A stretch of 62,238 nucleotides of DNA, counting the filler, from Chiloscyllium plagiosum (taxonomy: Eukaryota): assembly GCF_004010195.1 (NCBI RefSeq). It is 4 parts of one record of this genome, joined end to end, with 100 filler letters (N's around TTAATTAATTAA, not from the genome) between each part and the next. Parts side by side here need not be neighbours in the genome. Positions count along the whole stretch, not along the records: positions 1 to 27,417 come from NC_057714.1; 3 more parts are not named here. One strand, 5' to 3'. The translations under genes and the position numbers were made by a program. Below, piece by piece: positions 1 to 12,232 of the stretch. Under the pieces are notes generated by a model, which had not been told where the DNA came from, ran no database searches, and worked only from the letters and a program-made list of their open reading frames with translations. The number at the start of each line of letters is the position of its first letter. The stretch's first letter is position 1.

Positions 1-256
1 TTATAAAGTCTCAGTAGCACATCGCTGCTTTTATATTCCAACCCTCTTGAGATAAATGACAACATTGCATTCACTTTCTTAATCATGGACTCAACCTGCA
101 TGTTTACCTTCAGAGAATCCTGGACTAGCACTCCCAGATCCCTCTGTACTTTGGAGGATTGTACTTTGTACACTGGAGGATTTGCTGATTTGCCCATCTT
201 TTATTCCATCACCAGGTTTCCAGAAGTTCATTATAACAACACTTTTCGATCCAATA

Positions 257-503
257 CAGGTCGTTCTGCTACAACGCGCATTTCAGTAACATGAATTAAC
301 CTTTCATTAACATGAATTAACCTTTCATTAACATGAATTAACATTTCATTAACATGAATTAACCTTTCATTAACATGAATTTGCGGTTGATAAATTGGGG
401 CAATTACATCACCAATACTTTAGGCACTGCTTCTGAAGTGCGGGGTTTCTACAATGTGGGGCTGCCCAAGATTACAACCACCGTGTTATAGAAGAACCAT
501 CTG
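257..503. mobile_element. Non-autonomous Tc1/mariner-pogo-type MITE
   Basis: TA|CAGGTCGTTCTGCTACAACGCG ... CGTGTTATAGAAGAACCATCTG|TA: imperfect ~22-bp TIRs with TA duplication. Confidence 0.75.
281..381. repeat. 21-bp tandem repeat (CTTTCATTAACATGAATTAAC) x~4.5
   Basis: Direct inspection; lies inside the MITE. Confidence 0.9.
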
Positions 504-1038
504 TACAGGAGTTGGTTTTGGGTGTATTTTGCAGATGACATTATGAGCTGCAGAATGTAGCCTTGCTTTGGTAAATGGAGTGCAGTGCAGTAGTGAGTGA
601 ACTCGCACCCTATCATTAATGCAGTGCTGGGCAGTACATGGAGTGCCGGAATGTGCTACAACAGGAGTATTGCTGGAAAAAGACACACCTTTTCAAAGGT
701 GTCCTCTTGTACTCATCAGGACAATTCACAAGAATACCATTTCACAGGGAAAACCAACATTGATGCTGCATGGGTGGAGTTTGCTGACTGGTAGGCAAGT
801 GTTTTCTTCTGATAGGTGGAAGCAATGTCATGGCGAATACACCTATTGATATTGATTGACAGTTAACTACCAGACTTTGTTTACATTTTAATCACTTGTG
901 TTGAGTTGAAACAGGTACAGTGTGTGTAGATGGTCTTTCTGTCTGTAAGGGACAGGTCCCTGGGCATTAGAATTTTAGAATCATATACCAAGATAACGTC
1001 TCAGCCCAATTCTGTTATTTCACTTTCTATTGTCACAG

Positions 1039-1062
1039 ACCATGAAGAGATGTCCAAAAGAA
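1039..1062 (+). CDS. Candidate 24-nt micro-exon of the fucolectin gene
   Basis: ctttctattgtcacag|AC CAT GAA GAG ATG TCC AAA AGA A|gtaagg; phase 1-1, in frame with the exon at 1391. The donor abuts a CR1 3' fragment, so it may be fortuitous. Confidence 0.35.
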
Positions 1063-1064
1063 GT

Positions 1065-1312
1065 AAGGGTAATGTGAGGAAAAGCTTTTTCTCACTCAGT
1101 GAGTAGTTAGGGAATGGAATGCACTCCCTGGAAATGTGGTGCAGACAGATTCAATTGAGGAAGTCAAGAGGGACATCGGATGGTTACTTGGATAGAAGTG
1201 GTGCACAAGGAAATGAGAGAAAAGACAGGCACTCGGCAATGATGCTCAGTTGGAGAGCCAGAGTGGGCATGATGGGCCAATTAGCCTCCTTATACTCTGT
1301 AACAATTCTGTG
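1065..1312 (+). mobile_element. CR1-type LINE 3' fragment (old)
   Basis: Degenerate FFTQRVV..WNALP-like coding followed by a CR1 3'UTR. Confidence 0.6.
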
Positions 1313-1390
1313 ATTCTGGGCAGAATGACAGCTTCCATAATGAGGAAAGTTTGTTGTCAGAGCATTCAGGAAGTCTATTTGTATTTACAG

Positions 1391-1670
1391 GGAACGTGGC
1401 CCTCAGAGGGAATGCATCTCAGTCAAGTACTAACTGGGGAGGAGATGCGAACAGAGCCATCGATGGGAATCGAAATGCCTTCTATGGTAACCTGTCTTGC
1501 ACTCACACTAACACCGATACTGAACCCTGGTGGAGTCTCGATCTATTCACTGCTGTTCCGGTGTTGTCTATAAAGATCACCAATAGGCAGGATTGCTGCT
1601 GGAAACGCTTGAGAAACATTGAGGTCCGTGTTGGCATTTCCCCCTCCAACCACGGCAACGATAACCCAGT
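1391..1670 (+). CDS. F-type lectin (fucolectin) domain, internal exon
   Basis: Acceptor tatttacag|GG (phase 1), donor GT|gtaaat (phase 2). Translation NVALRGNASQSSTNWGGDANRAIDGNRN...SCTHTNTDTEPWWSLDL...ITNRQDCCWKRL contains the FTL motif H-x26-R-x-D-x4-R and the IDG calcium motif. Confidence 0.95.
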
Positions 1671-2404
1671 GTAAATATACCACATTGTCTTACTAATCCA
1701 ACTTACTGCAGCAGCTAGACACTGGTCCTGGAAATACTCAACAGGTCAGAGAGTGTCTGTGCCGAGAAGCAGTTCATGTGGAAAGGTTAACATCTGTTTC
1801 TCACGACAGATACTGCCTGGCCTGGTGAGTTTCTCCAACATTTTGTGTCCTGTTTCTAGCCTAGAGATTCTGACTGTGAAAGCAAGATGACCGGGAAAGA
1901 TTTACTGACAGGGCTACAGCACAGGGAAACAAGTGAGGGAGAGGATCAGGTGGATTCAAAGGATCACCAAAGAGATCTTGAAGCCAGATTTCTCTTTGGG
2001 AGTTTGTGGGAAAGTGAGAATGAGGGAAGGAGATGGTACAATCAGGCAGGTCACAAGGAGAGAAATGGACACACCACAAACACAGAAACCTCACAGGAAT
2101 GTGCTAAACCAGAGAAGGATCCCAGATACTGATTGGTGAGATTTTAACCCAGTTAATTTAAAATCTGAAGGCAAGTGTTAAGTATTTAGGATCTTCTTTT
2201 GGATAGTTTCTCAGTTACTAATCTCAGTTAGCCAGCCCTCTCGTCCCCCACAACAGGAGTTTCCCTTCGCTCAATGTGACCAGAAGCAACTGGGTGAACT
2301 ATTCTCTAATTCCATACTCACCCCGTTCTGTGTTTCTCTGAGGAGTCAGCTACATGAATCCTCTCCGTACCTCAAAACCAACGTCAAGGAGAAAAAGACG
2401 ATCA

Positions 2405-2821
2405 TGGGTCTGCAGTCGATGGAGTTGAGAAGGATGAGGAAGGGTTCTCACTGAGAATCCCCTACAGAATACTGAGAGGTCTGGGTAGAGTGAACGTGGA
2501 GAAGATGTTTCCACTAGTAAGGACTGGGATCTGAGGGCACCATCTCAGAGTGAGGGGACAACCCTTTAGAACTGAGATGAGGAGTAATTTCTTCAGCCAG
2601 AGGTGGGGGTGGGCGGTGGTGGTGGGGGATGGGGGTGGGGGTGAATCTGTGGAACCCATGGCCACAGAGGGCTGTGGAGGCCAAGTCAGTGAGTGTATTT
2701 AAGACAGAGATAGACAGGTTCTTGATTCGTAAGGGGATCAGAGGTTAAAGGGAAAAGGCAGGAGAATGGGATGGAGAAACCCCATGATTGAATGGTTGAG
2801 CAGACTCGGTGGACTTAATGG
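2405..2821 (+). mobile_element. CR1-type LINE 3' fragment
   Basis: Degenerate RT C-terminus (RNFFSQR..NLWN) plus 3'UTR, inside the fucolectin intron. Confidence 0.7.
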
Positions 2822-3321
2822 NNNNNNNNNNNNNNNNNNNNNNNNNNNNNNNNNNNNNNNNNNNNNNNNNNNNNNNNNNNNNNNNNNNNNNNNNNNNNNN
2901 NNNNNNNNNNNNNNNNNNNNNNNNNNNNNNNNNNNNNNNNNNNNNNNNNNNNNNNNNNNNNNNNNNNNNNNNNNNNNNNNNNNNNNNNNNNNNNNNNNNN
3001 NNNNNNNNNNNNNNNNNNNNNNNNNNNNNNNNNNNNNNNNNNNNNNNNNNNNNNNNNNNNNNNNNNNNNNNNNNNNNNNNNNNNNNNNNNNNNNNNNNNN
3101 NNNNNNNNNNNNNNNNNNNNNNNNNNNNNNNNNNNNNNNNNNNNNNNNNNNNNNNNNNNNNNNNNNNNNNNNNNNNNNNNNNNNNNNNNNNNNNNNNNNN
3201 NNNNNNNNNNNNNNNNNNNNNNNNNNNNNNNNNNNNNNNNNNNNNNNNNNNNNNNNNNNNNNNNNNNNNNNNNNNNNNNNNNNNNNNNNNNNNNNNNNNN
3301 NNNNNNNNNNNNNNNNNNNNN

Positions 3322-3900
3322 AGTACTCATTAAGGATCTCTCCTACTTCTTGTGGCTTCACTCATAACTTCCCTCCTTTGTCCTTGAGTGGGCCTCCTCT
3401 TTCCCCAATACCCTCTTCCTTTTAGTTGACCCTGTTTGTTAAAGACATTTCATGGGTCTTTTAGTCTTCCTAACTGTGCATTTAACTTCCTTCCCAATTT
3501 CTCTATTCTCAAGAGCTTTGTCAGTTTGTAGCTGCCAAGACCTATCATACACTTCCTTCTTCCTTTTGACTACGCTTACAACTTCCCTTGTCACCATGAT
3601 TCTTGAATCCTGCCATTCCTATCCTTCAGTTTTGCAGGGTCATGCATGTCTTGCATTTTAATCAACTGGTCTTTAAAAGCCTCCCACATGTCTGATGTTG
3701 ACATGCCCTCTGCTCCCAATCCACATTCCCCAGTTCCTGTCTAAGTTGGATGTAATTGGCCCTTGCCCAAATAAGCACCCTCACCAGAGGGCCACTCTTG
3801 TCCTTGTCCATGACTAGTCAAAATCACACCTGGTTCTGGTCACCAACCCCAAAATGCTCTCCTACTGAAACACCTGTCCTGGCTCATTCCCTAATACCAA
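3322..3900 (-). mobile_element. CR1-type LINE ORF2 fragment
   Basis: EVGEILNEY motif, homologous to the copy at ~15060-15140. Confidence 0.7.
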
Positions 3901-4179
3901 GTATGGTGTGTCTTCCTGTCTGCTTGGTGGTCAGGAGGATCGTCACAGACCCAGAGTCACTGTGGCAGACAGTACAAGCCTGCAGTGAAACACAGGCCAG
4001 GGAGAGGTAGGGGTGTTGTGGTGATGTCCCTGGACAAGTTATCCACGTTAGCGTGGTCACAGATTCAACTCCACTCACTCTGGCTACACCTGGAGTTAGT
4101 CAGAATGTAGAAACTGAGAGCTGCCCCATCCAGACAACCCAACTTTCTCATGGGGTTATTTTAATGTCTTGCCTTTCAG

Positions 4180-4321
4180 ATGTGGAAACATTATGGGCCT
4201 CAGAGCAGGAGAAACTAAAGTTCTTAACTGTCATGGAATGCTTGGTCGATTCATCAACATCTTCATGAAAGAAAAAGGGATCCTGACTCTCTGTGAGTGT
4301 GAGGTTTATGCAAACATCTGA
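4180..4321 (+). CDS. F-type lectin terminal coding exon
   Basis: Acceptor gcctttcag|A, phase matches the previous exon (GT+A=Val). Reads CGNIMGLRAGETKVLNCHGMLGRFINIFMKEKGILTLCECEVYANI*, the typical FTL C-terminus (LxLCEVEV-like). Confidence 0.93.
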
Positions 4322-4346
4322 GATACTGTAACCTTCAGAAACATTG

Positions 4347-4352
4347 AATAAA
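4347..4352 (+). promoter_or_regulatory. Polyadenylation signal of the fucolectin gene
   Basis: AATAAA 25 nt after the TGA stop. Confidence 0.75.
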
Positions 4353-4699
4353 CCACTGTCAGCATCAATGGTTCCTACTTGTCATTAATATCAACATTAA
4401 GAAGAGATTCAGGAGACAGTCTGTAGGTACATGCTGAGGTTAAATGAAATGCTGCTAATACCCTGACTTACAGAATTCAAACGTCAGTCTAAATACACTA
4501 ACCCTGTACTGAAACCTGATTAAACCACACTGAGTATTTCTGGTGGCCATGTTATATAAGACTCTGGAGACACTGGACAGGGTGTAGAGAAGATTCACTG
4601 CAAATGTGCAGGGTTTTTTTAACCACCGAGGCTGCGGAAATGGACTCCCACTGGTCACTGCATTTAACTTGAATATTTTACACAGTTACTGATTATTGA

Positions 4700-6385
4700 G
4701 TGATGCGTAAATGTGCTCCTCTGAGACAGGCAAGAAGGGCTAAGATAAAGGAACCTTGGATGTCGAGAGCGGAGGAGATTCTCGTCAAAAGAAAGAAGGC
4801 ATCTTACGTAAGGTGGAGGGAGCAAGGGTCAAGCTCAGCTCTAGAGGATTACAGGCAGGCGAGGAAGGAGCTCAAAAATGATCTGAGGAGAGCCAGGAGG
4901 GGGCACGAGAAAGGCTTGGCAGGAAGGATTAGGGAGAATCCAAAGGCATTTTACATGTATGTGAGGAATAAGAGAATGATCAAAGAAAGAGTAGGGCCGT
5001 TCAGGGATAGCATAGGGAACTTGTATACAGAGTCTGAGGAGGTAGGAGAAGCCCTAATTGAGTTTTTTGCTTCTGAAGAAAAGGATCTTGTAGTGAATGA
5101 AACCATTGAGGAGCAGGTAAGCATGCTGGAAAGGATAGAGATTGAGGAAGCTGATGTGCTGAAAATTTTGACAAACATTAAGATTGACAAGTCGCCAAGG
5201 CCTGGCCAGATTTGTCCTCGGCTGCTTTGGGAAGCAAGAAATGTGATTGCTTCGCCACTTGCGAAGATCTTTGCATCCTCGCTCTCCACCGGAGTCGTAC
5301 CTGAGGACTGGAGGGAGGCANNNNNNNNNNNNNNNNNNNNNNNNNNNNNNNNNNNNNNNNNNNNNNNNNNNNNNNNNNNNNNNNNNNNNNNNNNNNNNNN
5401 NNNNNNNNNNNNNNNNNNNNNNNNNNNNNNNNNNNNNNNNNNNNNNNNNNNNNNNNNNNNNNNNNNNNNNNNNNNNNNNNNNNNNNNNNNNNNNNNNNNN
5501 NNNNNNNNNNNNNNNNNNNNNNNNNNNNNNNNNNNNNNNNNNNNNNNNNNNNNNNNNNNNNNNNNNNNNNNNNNNNNNNNNNNNNNNNNNNNNNNNNNNN
5601 NNNNNNNNNNNNNNNNNNNNNNNNNNNNNNNNNNNNNNNNNNNNNNNNNNNNNNNNNNNNNNNNNNNNNNNNNNNNNNNNNNNNNNNNNNNNNNNNNNNN
5701 NNNNNNNTACATAGATCCCTTAAAATTGCCACCCAGGTGGACAGGGTTGTTAAGAAAGCATATGGTGTTTTGGCTTTCATTAACAGGGGGATTGAGTTTA
5801 AGAGCCATGAGATCTTGATGGAGCTCTATAATAGTTTGGTTAGACCGCCCTCGGAATACTGTGTCCAGTTCTGGTCGCCCTATTATAGGAAAGATGTGGA
5901 TGCTTTGGAGAGGGTTCAGAGGAGGTTTACCAGGATGCTGCCTGGAATGGAGGACTTATCTTATGAAGAGAGGTTGACTGAGCTTGGACTTTTTTCATTG
6001 GAAAAAATAAGGAAGAGAGGGGACCTAATTGAGGTATACAAGATCATGAGAGGCATAGATAGAGTCGATAGCCAGAGACTATTTCCCAGGGCAGAAATGA
6101 CTAACACGAGGGGTCATAGTTTTAAGCTGTTTGGCGGAAAGTATAGAGGGGATGTCAGAGGCGGGTTCTTTACACAGAGAGTTGTGAGGGCATGGAATGC
6201 ATTGCCAGCAGCAGTTGTGGAAGCGAGGACATTGGGGACATTTAAGAGACTGCTGGACACGCATATGGTCACAGAAATTTGAGGGTTCGTACATTAGGTT
6301 TACCTTACATGAGGATCAATGGTCGGCACAACACCGTGGGCTGAAGGGCCTGTTCTGTGCTGTACTGTTCTATTATATTCTATGA
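4700..6385 (+). mobile_element. CR1 LINE ORF2 (gapped) with 3' end
   Basis: ORFs with ENPKAFY, DKSP.P, VPEDWREA and [33 protein letters not shown]; 3' tail tgtactgttctat. Confidence 0.92.
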
Positions 6386-6429
6386 TTAGGCCAATTATAT
6401 ACTTTATCAGTTTCAGAATGAAACAATCC

Positions 6430-8160
6430 ACTTGGGGTGCAAGTCCAGAGTTTCCTGAAAGTAGCAAATACAAGTAGATAAGGTGGTAAGAAGGTATGTG
6501 GCATGCTTGCCTTCATTGGTCAGGGTGTTGAGTATAAAAGTTGGTGAGCCATGTTATAGCTGTGTAAGACTTTAGCCAGGCCACATTTGGAGTATTGTGT
6601 GCAGTTTTGGTCCCCACTGTATTGGAAGGGTGGGGAGGCATTGGAGAGGGTGTAAAAGTGGTTCACCAGGATGTTGCCTGGATTGGAGTGTATTCTCTAT
6701 AAAGAGAGGTTGGGCAAACTTGGATTGTTTTCACGAGAGCATCAGAGGTTGTGATGTGACTGATAGAAGTACATAGCATTGTGAGAGGCATGGATAGGGT
6801 GGGCAGTCAGGGCAGAAATATCAAATACTAGGAGAACATATGTTTAAGCTGATGGGGGGGAGTTTTTACAAAGAGGGTGGGAAGTGCCTGGAACATGTTG
6901 CAAGGATATACGATAGCAATAGATCCAGAGTTTCACAATCTTTGCTTGAAGTAATTTCATATCTCTGTTTTAGATCTGCTACCCCTTATCCTAAAGCTAT
7001 CACCTCACATTCTAGATAGCTATCCTCTCTGCAGCGACTTTGTCAATCCCCTTTAGCAGCTTATAGATCTCAGTGAGATCTCCCCTCAATTTCTAAACTC
7101 CAGAGAGAATGGGCCTAACCTGCACAATCTCTCTGCATGTCTGGAAACCCCTGATGTCTGGAATCAATCTAGTGACCCTCCTCTGAACTGTCTCCAATGT
7201 TCCTCAAATAAAGGGACCAAACTCTCCACAATGCTCCAGGTGCAGTCTCACTAATACCTTGTACAATTGCAGCAACACTCCCCTACTTACACACTCCATT
7301 CCTTTTACAATAAATGGCAACATTCCATTAGCCTTCCTTATTACCTGCTGAAGCTAAATCCCAGTTTTCTAAGATTCATGCACAAGGACACCCAGATCCC
7401 TCTGCACTGACGCACTCTGATGTTTCTCTCCATTTAGGTAATAAGTTACTTTCTATTCCTCTGACTGAAATGAATGACCTCATACTTATTCCACATTAAG
7501 CTCCACGTACTAAATGTTGGCCCATTCTCCTAACCCGTCCATATCCATTTATAAATTGTCTATTGCTTCATTGAAATTACTTCCCACCTATTTTTGTGCC
7601 ATCTGAAAATCTGGCTAGTGTACCTTCTATCCCTTCAGCCAAGTTATTGGTATCGAATGTAAGTAGTTGGGAGCCCAAGGACCGAACTCTGTGACACCCC
7701 TCTAATTGCACCTTGCCACCTAGAAAGACTCACGTTAAACTAACTGGTCTGTAGTTTCAGACTTTCTGTCTCCCTCCCCTGTCACATTAGGAGGCTTTAT
7801 TATCATTTTTTAATCCTTTGGAACCTCTCCCACATCCAGGGAATTCTAGAATACTATAACCAATGGATCCACATTCGCTCTGGTTACTTTTTTAAGACCT
7901 CAGGATGTAACCTACCAAAGCTCTGGGACTTATCTGCCCTCAATCCCAATAGGTTATCCCTCATGATGATGTTCTAACTTTTGCCCTTTTCTGTAACATC
8001 TACAATTGATACTCGTGTTCTCCACCTTGAAACTGAAAGATGATTGTTTTAGCAGCTCTCCCCCCCCCCCCCCCCCCGACTCCCAACAACTCCCCAAACC
8101 CGTCCTCTAAGGGAGCTACACTCACTTTAGCTACTCTCTTCCTTTTTATAGACTTATGAT
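6430..8160. mobile_element. Old degenerate CR1 fragments (+ 6430-6920, - 6925-8160)
   Basis: Frameshifted RT motifs (gagtattgtgtgcagttttgg; antisense gaccaaactctccacaatgctcc). Confidence 0.7.
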
Positions 8161-8681
8161 GTGCTTTTAGACTTTGTATTAAGTTTTCCCCAGCTCAAGG
8201 GTGTTCTCTCTGATTTCTGTCATCAAACCTCACTATAATCCTGAAGAAACTCAGTTTACTTCGCCTGCAGCAGTTGTAAGCTGTGACATCTAACTGATAA
8301 ATCAAAGACTACTTAAAACGGAACACCTCTCTCTCTAAAACGTTCCAGCCTCAAGATGTATAATTCACTGAGAACCAATCACATGGGTGTTAGCAGGTGG
8401 CTGTCATCAATAACTGGTCACCAGTCCATAGACCAATCAACTTCTTGTTACGTACAAAAGCTGTTTGTGTCCACTCTATTTGCTCCAAATGGTCGGTAGC
8501 TCCGTCTCCAATTCCTGTTTGGGTAAACAGTGGTAAACACAATGCCTGCAATGGTTGTCAGGCTACTGCCTTTTTAAAACATACAGCCACCCTTTCAAAC
8601 ATTGTGCTTTAAAACAACTTTCTCATCTCAACCCCAGATTGTTAAACACCCAAAATAACACGACACAGCCCTTTACAGTGA

Positions 8682-9009
8682 CTGCAATGAAACCAGTCAG
8701 GTGGACCTCATAGAATCTAAGATCCCTGCCTGAGGCTGTTACTCAGGGAGCCCTGGCTGACAGATATAAACAGGAGTGTCAAACAACCTGTTCACTCTAA
8801 GAGCTGGCACTGAGGGAGCTGAATCAGTGTTCAGGACTCCCCACATGTAACTAAAAGGTGACTTGGTGATGGGATACCAGCCTCCATGGAGTTATCTCAG
8901 TGGAGACGAGAGTAAAGTATCTCTTGGAGAATTTTGCTTGCAATAGTCGCCTATGAGTTGGGGTAAGCATTTCTGGCATCATGCTGTTATTTGGGAAGCT
9001 TGACTCATT
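8682..9009 (+). mobile_element. LTR + PBS + start of gag (Gypsy-like), truncated by CR1
   Basis: TG-starting segment (TGCAATGAAACCAG) ending ..CTCAG, then TGGAGACGAG (TGGCGACGAG-like PBS), then ATG CTG TTA TTT GGG AAG CTT GAC TCA (MLLFGKLDS). Confidence 0.55.
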
Positions 9010-9330
9010 AGGGGTTTAGATAGGGTTGACAGTGAGAATCTTTTTCCACGTATGGAGTCAGCTATTACAAGGGGGCATAGCTTTAAATTAAGGGGGGGTA
9101 GGTATAGGACAGATGTTAGGGGTAGGTTCTTTACTCAGCGAGTCGTGAGTTCATGGAATGCCCTGCCAGTAGCAGTGGTGGACTCTCCCTCTTTATGGGC
9201 ATTTAAGCAGGCATTGGATAGGCATATGGAGGATAGTGGGCGAGTGTAGGTTAGGTGGGCTTGGATTGGCGCAACATCGAGGGCCGAAGGGCCCGTACTG
9301 CGCTGTATTCTTCTATGTTCTATGTTCTAA
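9010..9330 (+). mobile_element. CR1 3' end
   Basis: TRGHSFKLRGGRYRTDVRGRFFTQRVV..WNALP plus (TTCTATG)n tail. Confidence 0.9.
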
Positions 9331-10114
9331 CCCTGCTCTCCCTCCCTACTGAATTAACACACTCTCTCTGTGATCTCCTATTCTATCAGAGGAAATATAA
9401 AGCGTATTACACTGAGAGACTGGTGGTAAATTACATATCCAGTTTATTAAATGTAAGATAGCAGAGAATCCATTCAGCAGACTGAGTTGAGTAACAGCTA
9501 TCTGACTGGCATCAGCTCTGAAATATGAAAGCAAGTCCCAGACCCTCTCCCTGACAGACTCTCTTTACAGTTTACATTGACTATGCTACATTTCCAACTT
9601 ACTCTATCAGGTTCATCACCACGTGGATGGTAAAGTAAAGAGAATGGCCACCTGCTGTTCCTAATTCTTTGTACCGAAATCCGAGAGTCTTGATGACTGA
9701 ATCGAGAGCAAGTAACAGAGGGAGGCCACAGTCTGAGGAGCGAAGAGTCGAAGAATTGAGAGGCTGAGGAGGTATAAGTGAGGGTCTGAAGGTGTGAAAA
9801 GTTGATGAATTCTGTCCTGACCTGGCAAAATATCTCTATTACCCCACCATCATCAGCCGTGTCTTCAGTTACCAGACCTTACCCTCTGAAATTCTACCCC
9901 AACCTCAAACTCATCCACCTCACACTCCCCCTCGAAGGAGCTCCTTAAAACCAACTTCTTCATTGGAAGCATTTCGGTTATCTCTCCTTATATTTCCTTT
10001 GGGTATCGATGTTTGTTCAATCTTGCTCCAGTTCAGCAACTTAGAAAGTTGGATTGCTTGCAGATGCTACATAAACAGAAGGTTAGGGGGTGATCAGATC
10101 AAGTCCCCAAGATA

Positions 10115-10352
10115 TTGGGGTGGCTCAGTGGTTAGCACTGCTGTCTCACAGCACCAGGGACCACGGTTCAATTCCAGCCTCAGGCATGTTCTCCCTGTGT
10201 TTGCCTGGGTTTCCTCCCACCGTCCAAAGATGTGCAGATCAGGTGAATTGGTTATGGGAAATGCAGGGTCACAGGAATGGTGTGGGTCTGGCTGGGACCC
10301 TTCGGAGGGTTGGTGCAGACCTGATGGCTTCTTCCTGCACTCTAAGTATTCT
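10115..10352 (+). mobile_element. tRNA-derived SINE (HE1-like), degenerate
   Basis: Pol III A box TGGCTCAGTGG and B box GGTTCAATTCC, plus a body shared with the other copies. Confidence 0.75.
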
Positions 10353-10940
10353 ATATTGACAGGGCAGTTAAAGATTAACTATTTCCCCTGGTCGGAGATT
10401 CTAGAAATAGGGCCATTATCTGACAATTCGGGAGAGATGTGAGGAAGCACTTTGACACACAAAGGGTAGGAGAGATTTCCACAAACAGCAGTGGATGATG
10501 GATATTAAAACTGAAATAGATACATTTTTGTTAAGCAGAAGGACAAAGTGATATCAGCCAAAAGCAAAAAATGGAATTAGGCCACAGATAAGTGATGGAC
10601 TCACTGAATGATGGAACAGACTTAAGGGGCTGAATGGCCTTCTCCTATTCCATAGTCTGAGTCTAAATGTAAGGTACTGTTGTGTAAGAACAGGTTTGTA
10701 ACAGCAGTAAGTGATGGACCTGGCAGTGTCTGTGGACAGAGATGAACCCAGGTCATTTTCTGATCCAGCAGCAATCCAGCAGGGGCTGAATCTGTCTGGT
10801 CGTTCAGCATCTTTAACCAGCTTCATCGGGAGAATCCTTCATCACAAAGATACGCGTGGACTGTGTAACTAAGTTTAAATCTGGGGTGAATCTCTTCCTG
10901 GTGATGGTGCCACACACCAACACTCGCAGAACCAGTGCCA

Positions 10941-11022
10941 TCACTGCTCGATCCCTCGCATGGGGCACAATATCTTGTAAGCCACTGTGTACGCCTGCAC
11001 ATAGACACGGAGTTGGTTCATC
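10941..11022 (-). CDS. EGF-repeat protein: terminal coding exon
   Basis: gtgtctgtag|G ATG AAC... phase 2, matching the phase-2 donor at 15747; MNQLRVYVQAYTVAYKILCPMRGIEQ*. An intervening exon may lie in an N gap. Confidence 0.7.
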
Positions 11023-11514
11023 CTACAGACACAACAGGGTCACCATTATTCTGGCACACATTGGAAAATCTGCGCATTGATCAAGCAAAAACTGTCAGCA
11101 CATCAGCTCCATGATGACTGATTGCAGACTGAAAGGGAATTGATGGGAGTTGGTGGAACAGTGACAAATATAATTCCCCCTGAGGGAAGTGTCCGTTTAT
11201 ATTCTGGGGAGGAACAAACACGCCAGTACTTCCTGTGGGAGACCACTGAGAGAAGTCAGCCAGAGATTGACCCAGGGCGGACATGCTCAAAGGACGCAGG
11301 AGTTACAAAAGATCACAGAAGCGTTTACAGCCCTACAGGAGGCTGTTCGGCCCATTGAGCTCATGTAGCTTCTCTGTGTGGCAGTTCAACCAATCCACCT
11401 TCAATGCAAGACTCCCTCTGGACAGTGCAGAGGGAGCTTTACTCTGTATCTAACCCTGGGCTGTCCCTATCCCAGGAGTGTTTGATGGGGACAGTATAGA
11501 GAGAGCCTTACTCT

Positions 11515-12232
11515 ATCTCACAAACTTGATTGAGTTTTTTGAGAAAGTAACAAAGAAGAGTGATGAGGGCAGAGCAATAGATGTGATCCATTTGGACTTC
11601 AGTAAGGCGTTTGACAAGGTTCCCCATGGGAGACTGGTTAGCAAGGTTAGGTCTCATGGAATACAGGGAGAATTAGCCATTTTGATACAGAACTGGCTCA
11701 AAGGGAGAAGACAGAGGGTGGTGGTGGAGGGTTGTTTTTCAGACTGGAGGCCTGTGATCAGTGGAGTACCATAAGGATCGGTGCTGGGTCCTCTACTTTT
11801 CATCATTTATATAAATGATTTGGATCAAGCATAAGAGGTTTAATTAGTAAGTTTGCAGATGACACCAAAATTGGAGGTGTAGTGGACAGCAAAGCATGTT
11901 ACCTCAGATTACAACAGGATCTGGACCAGATGGGCCAATGGGCTGAGAAGTGGCAGATGGAATTTAATTTTGATAAATGTGAGGTGCTGCATTTTGGGAA
12001 AGCAAATCTTAGCAGGACTTATACACTTAATGGCAAGGTCCTAGGGAGTGTTGCTGAACAAAGGGACCTTGGAGTGCAGGTTCATAGCTCCTTGAAAGTG
12101 GAGTCGCAGGTAGATAGGATAGTGAAGAAGGCGTTTGGTATGCGTTCCTTTATTGGTCAGAGTATTGAGTACAGGAGTTGGGAGGTCATATTGCAGCTGT
12201 ACAGGACATTGGTTAGGCCACTGTTGGAATAT
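11515..12232 (+). mobile_element. CR1 RT fragment
   Basis: LTNLIEFFE..DFSKAFDKVPH..GVP..FADDTK..WQMEFN motifs. Confidence 0.92.

Noticed and set aside
2738..3425. Long ORFs made mostly of X (also over the other N gaps)
   Set aside because: Artefacts of translating N runs.
9443..9448. Minus-strand AATAAA as polyA signal of the EGF gene
   Set aside because: It lies 1.5 kb beyond the stop with no independent support; possible but not demonstrable from sequence alone.
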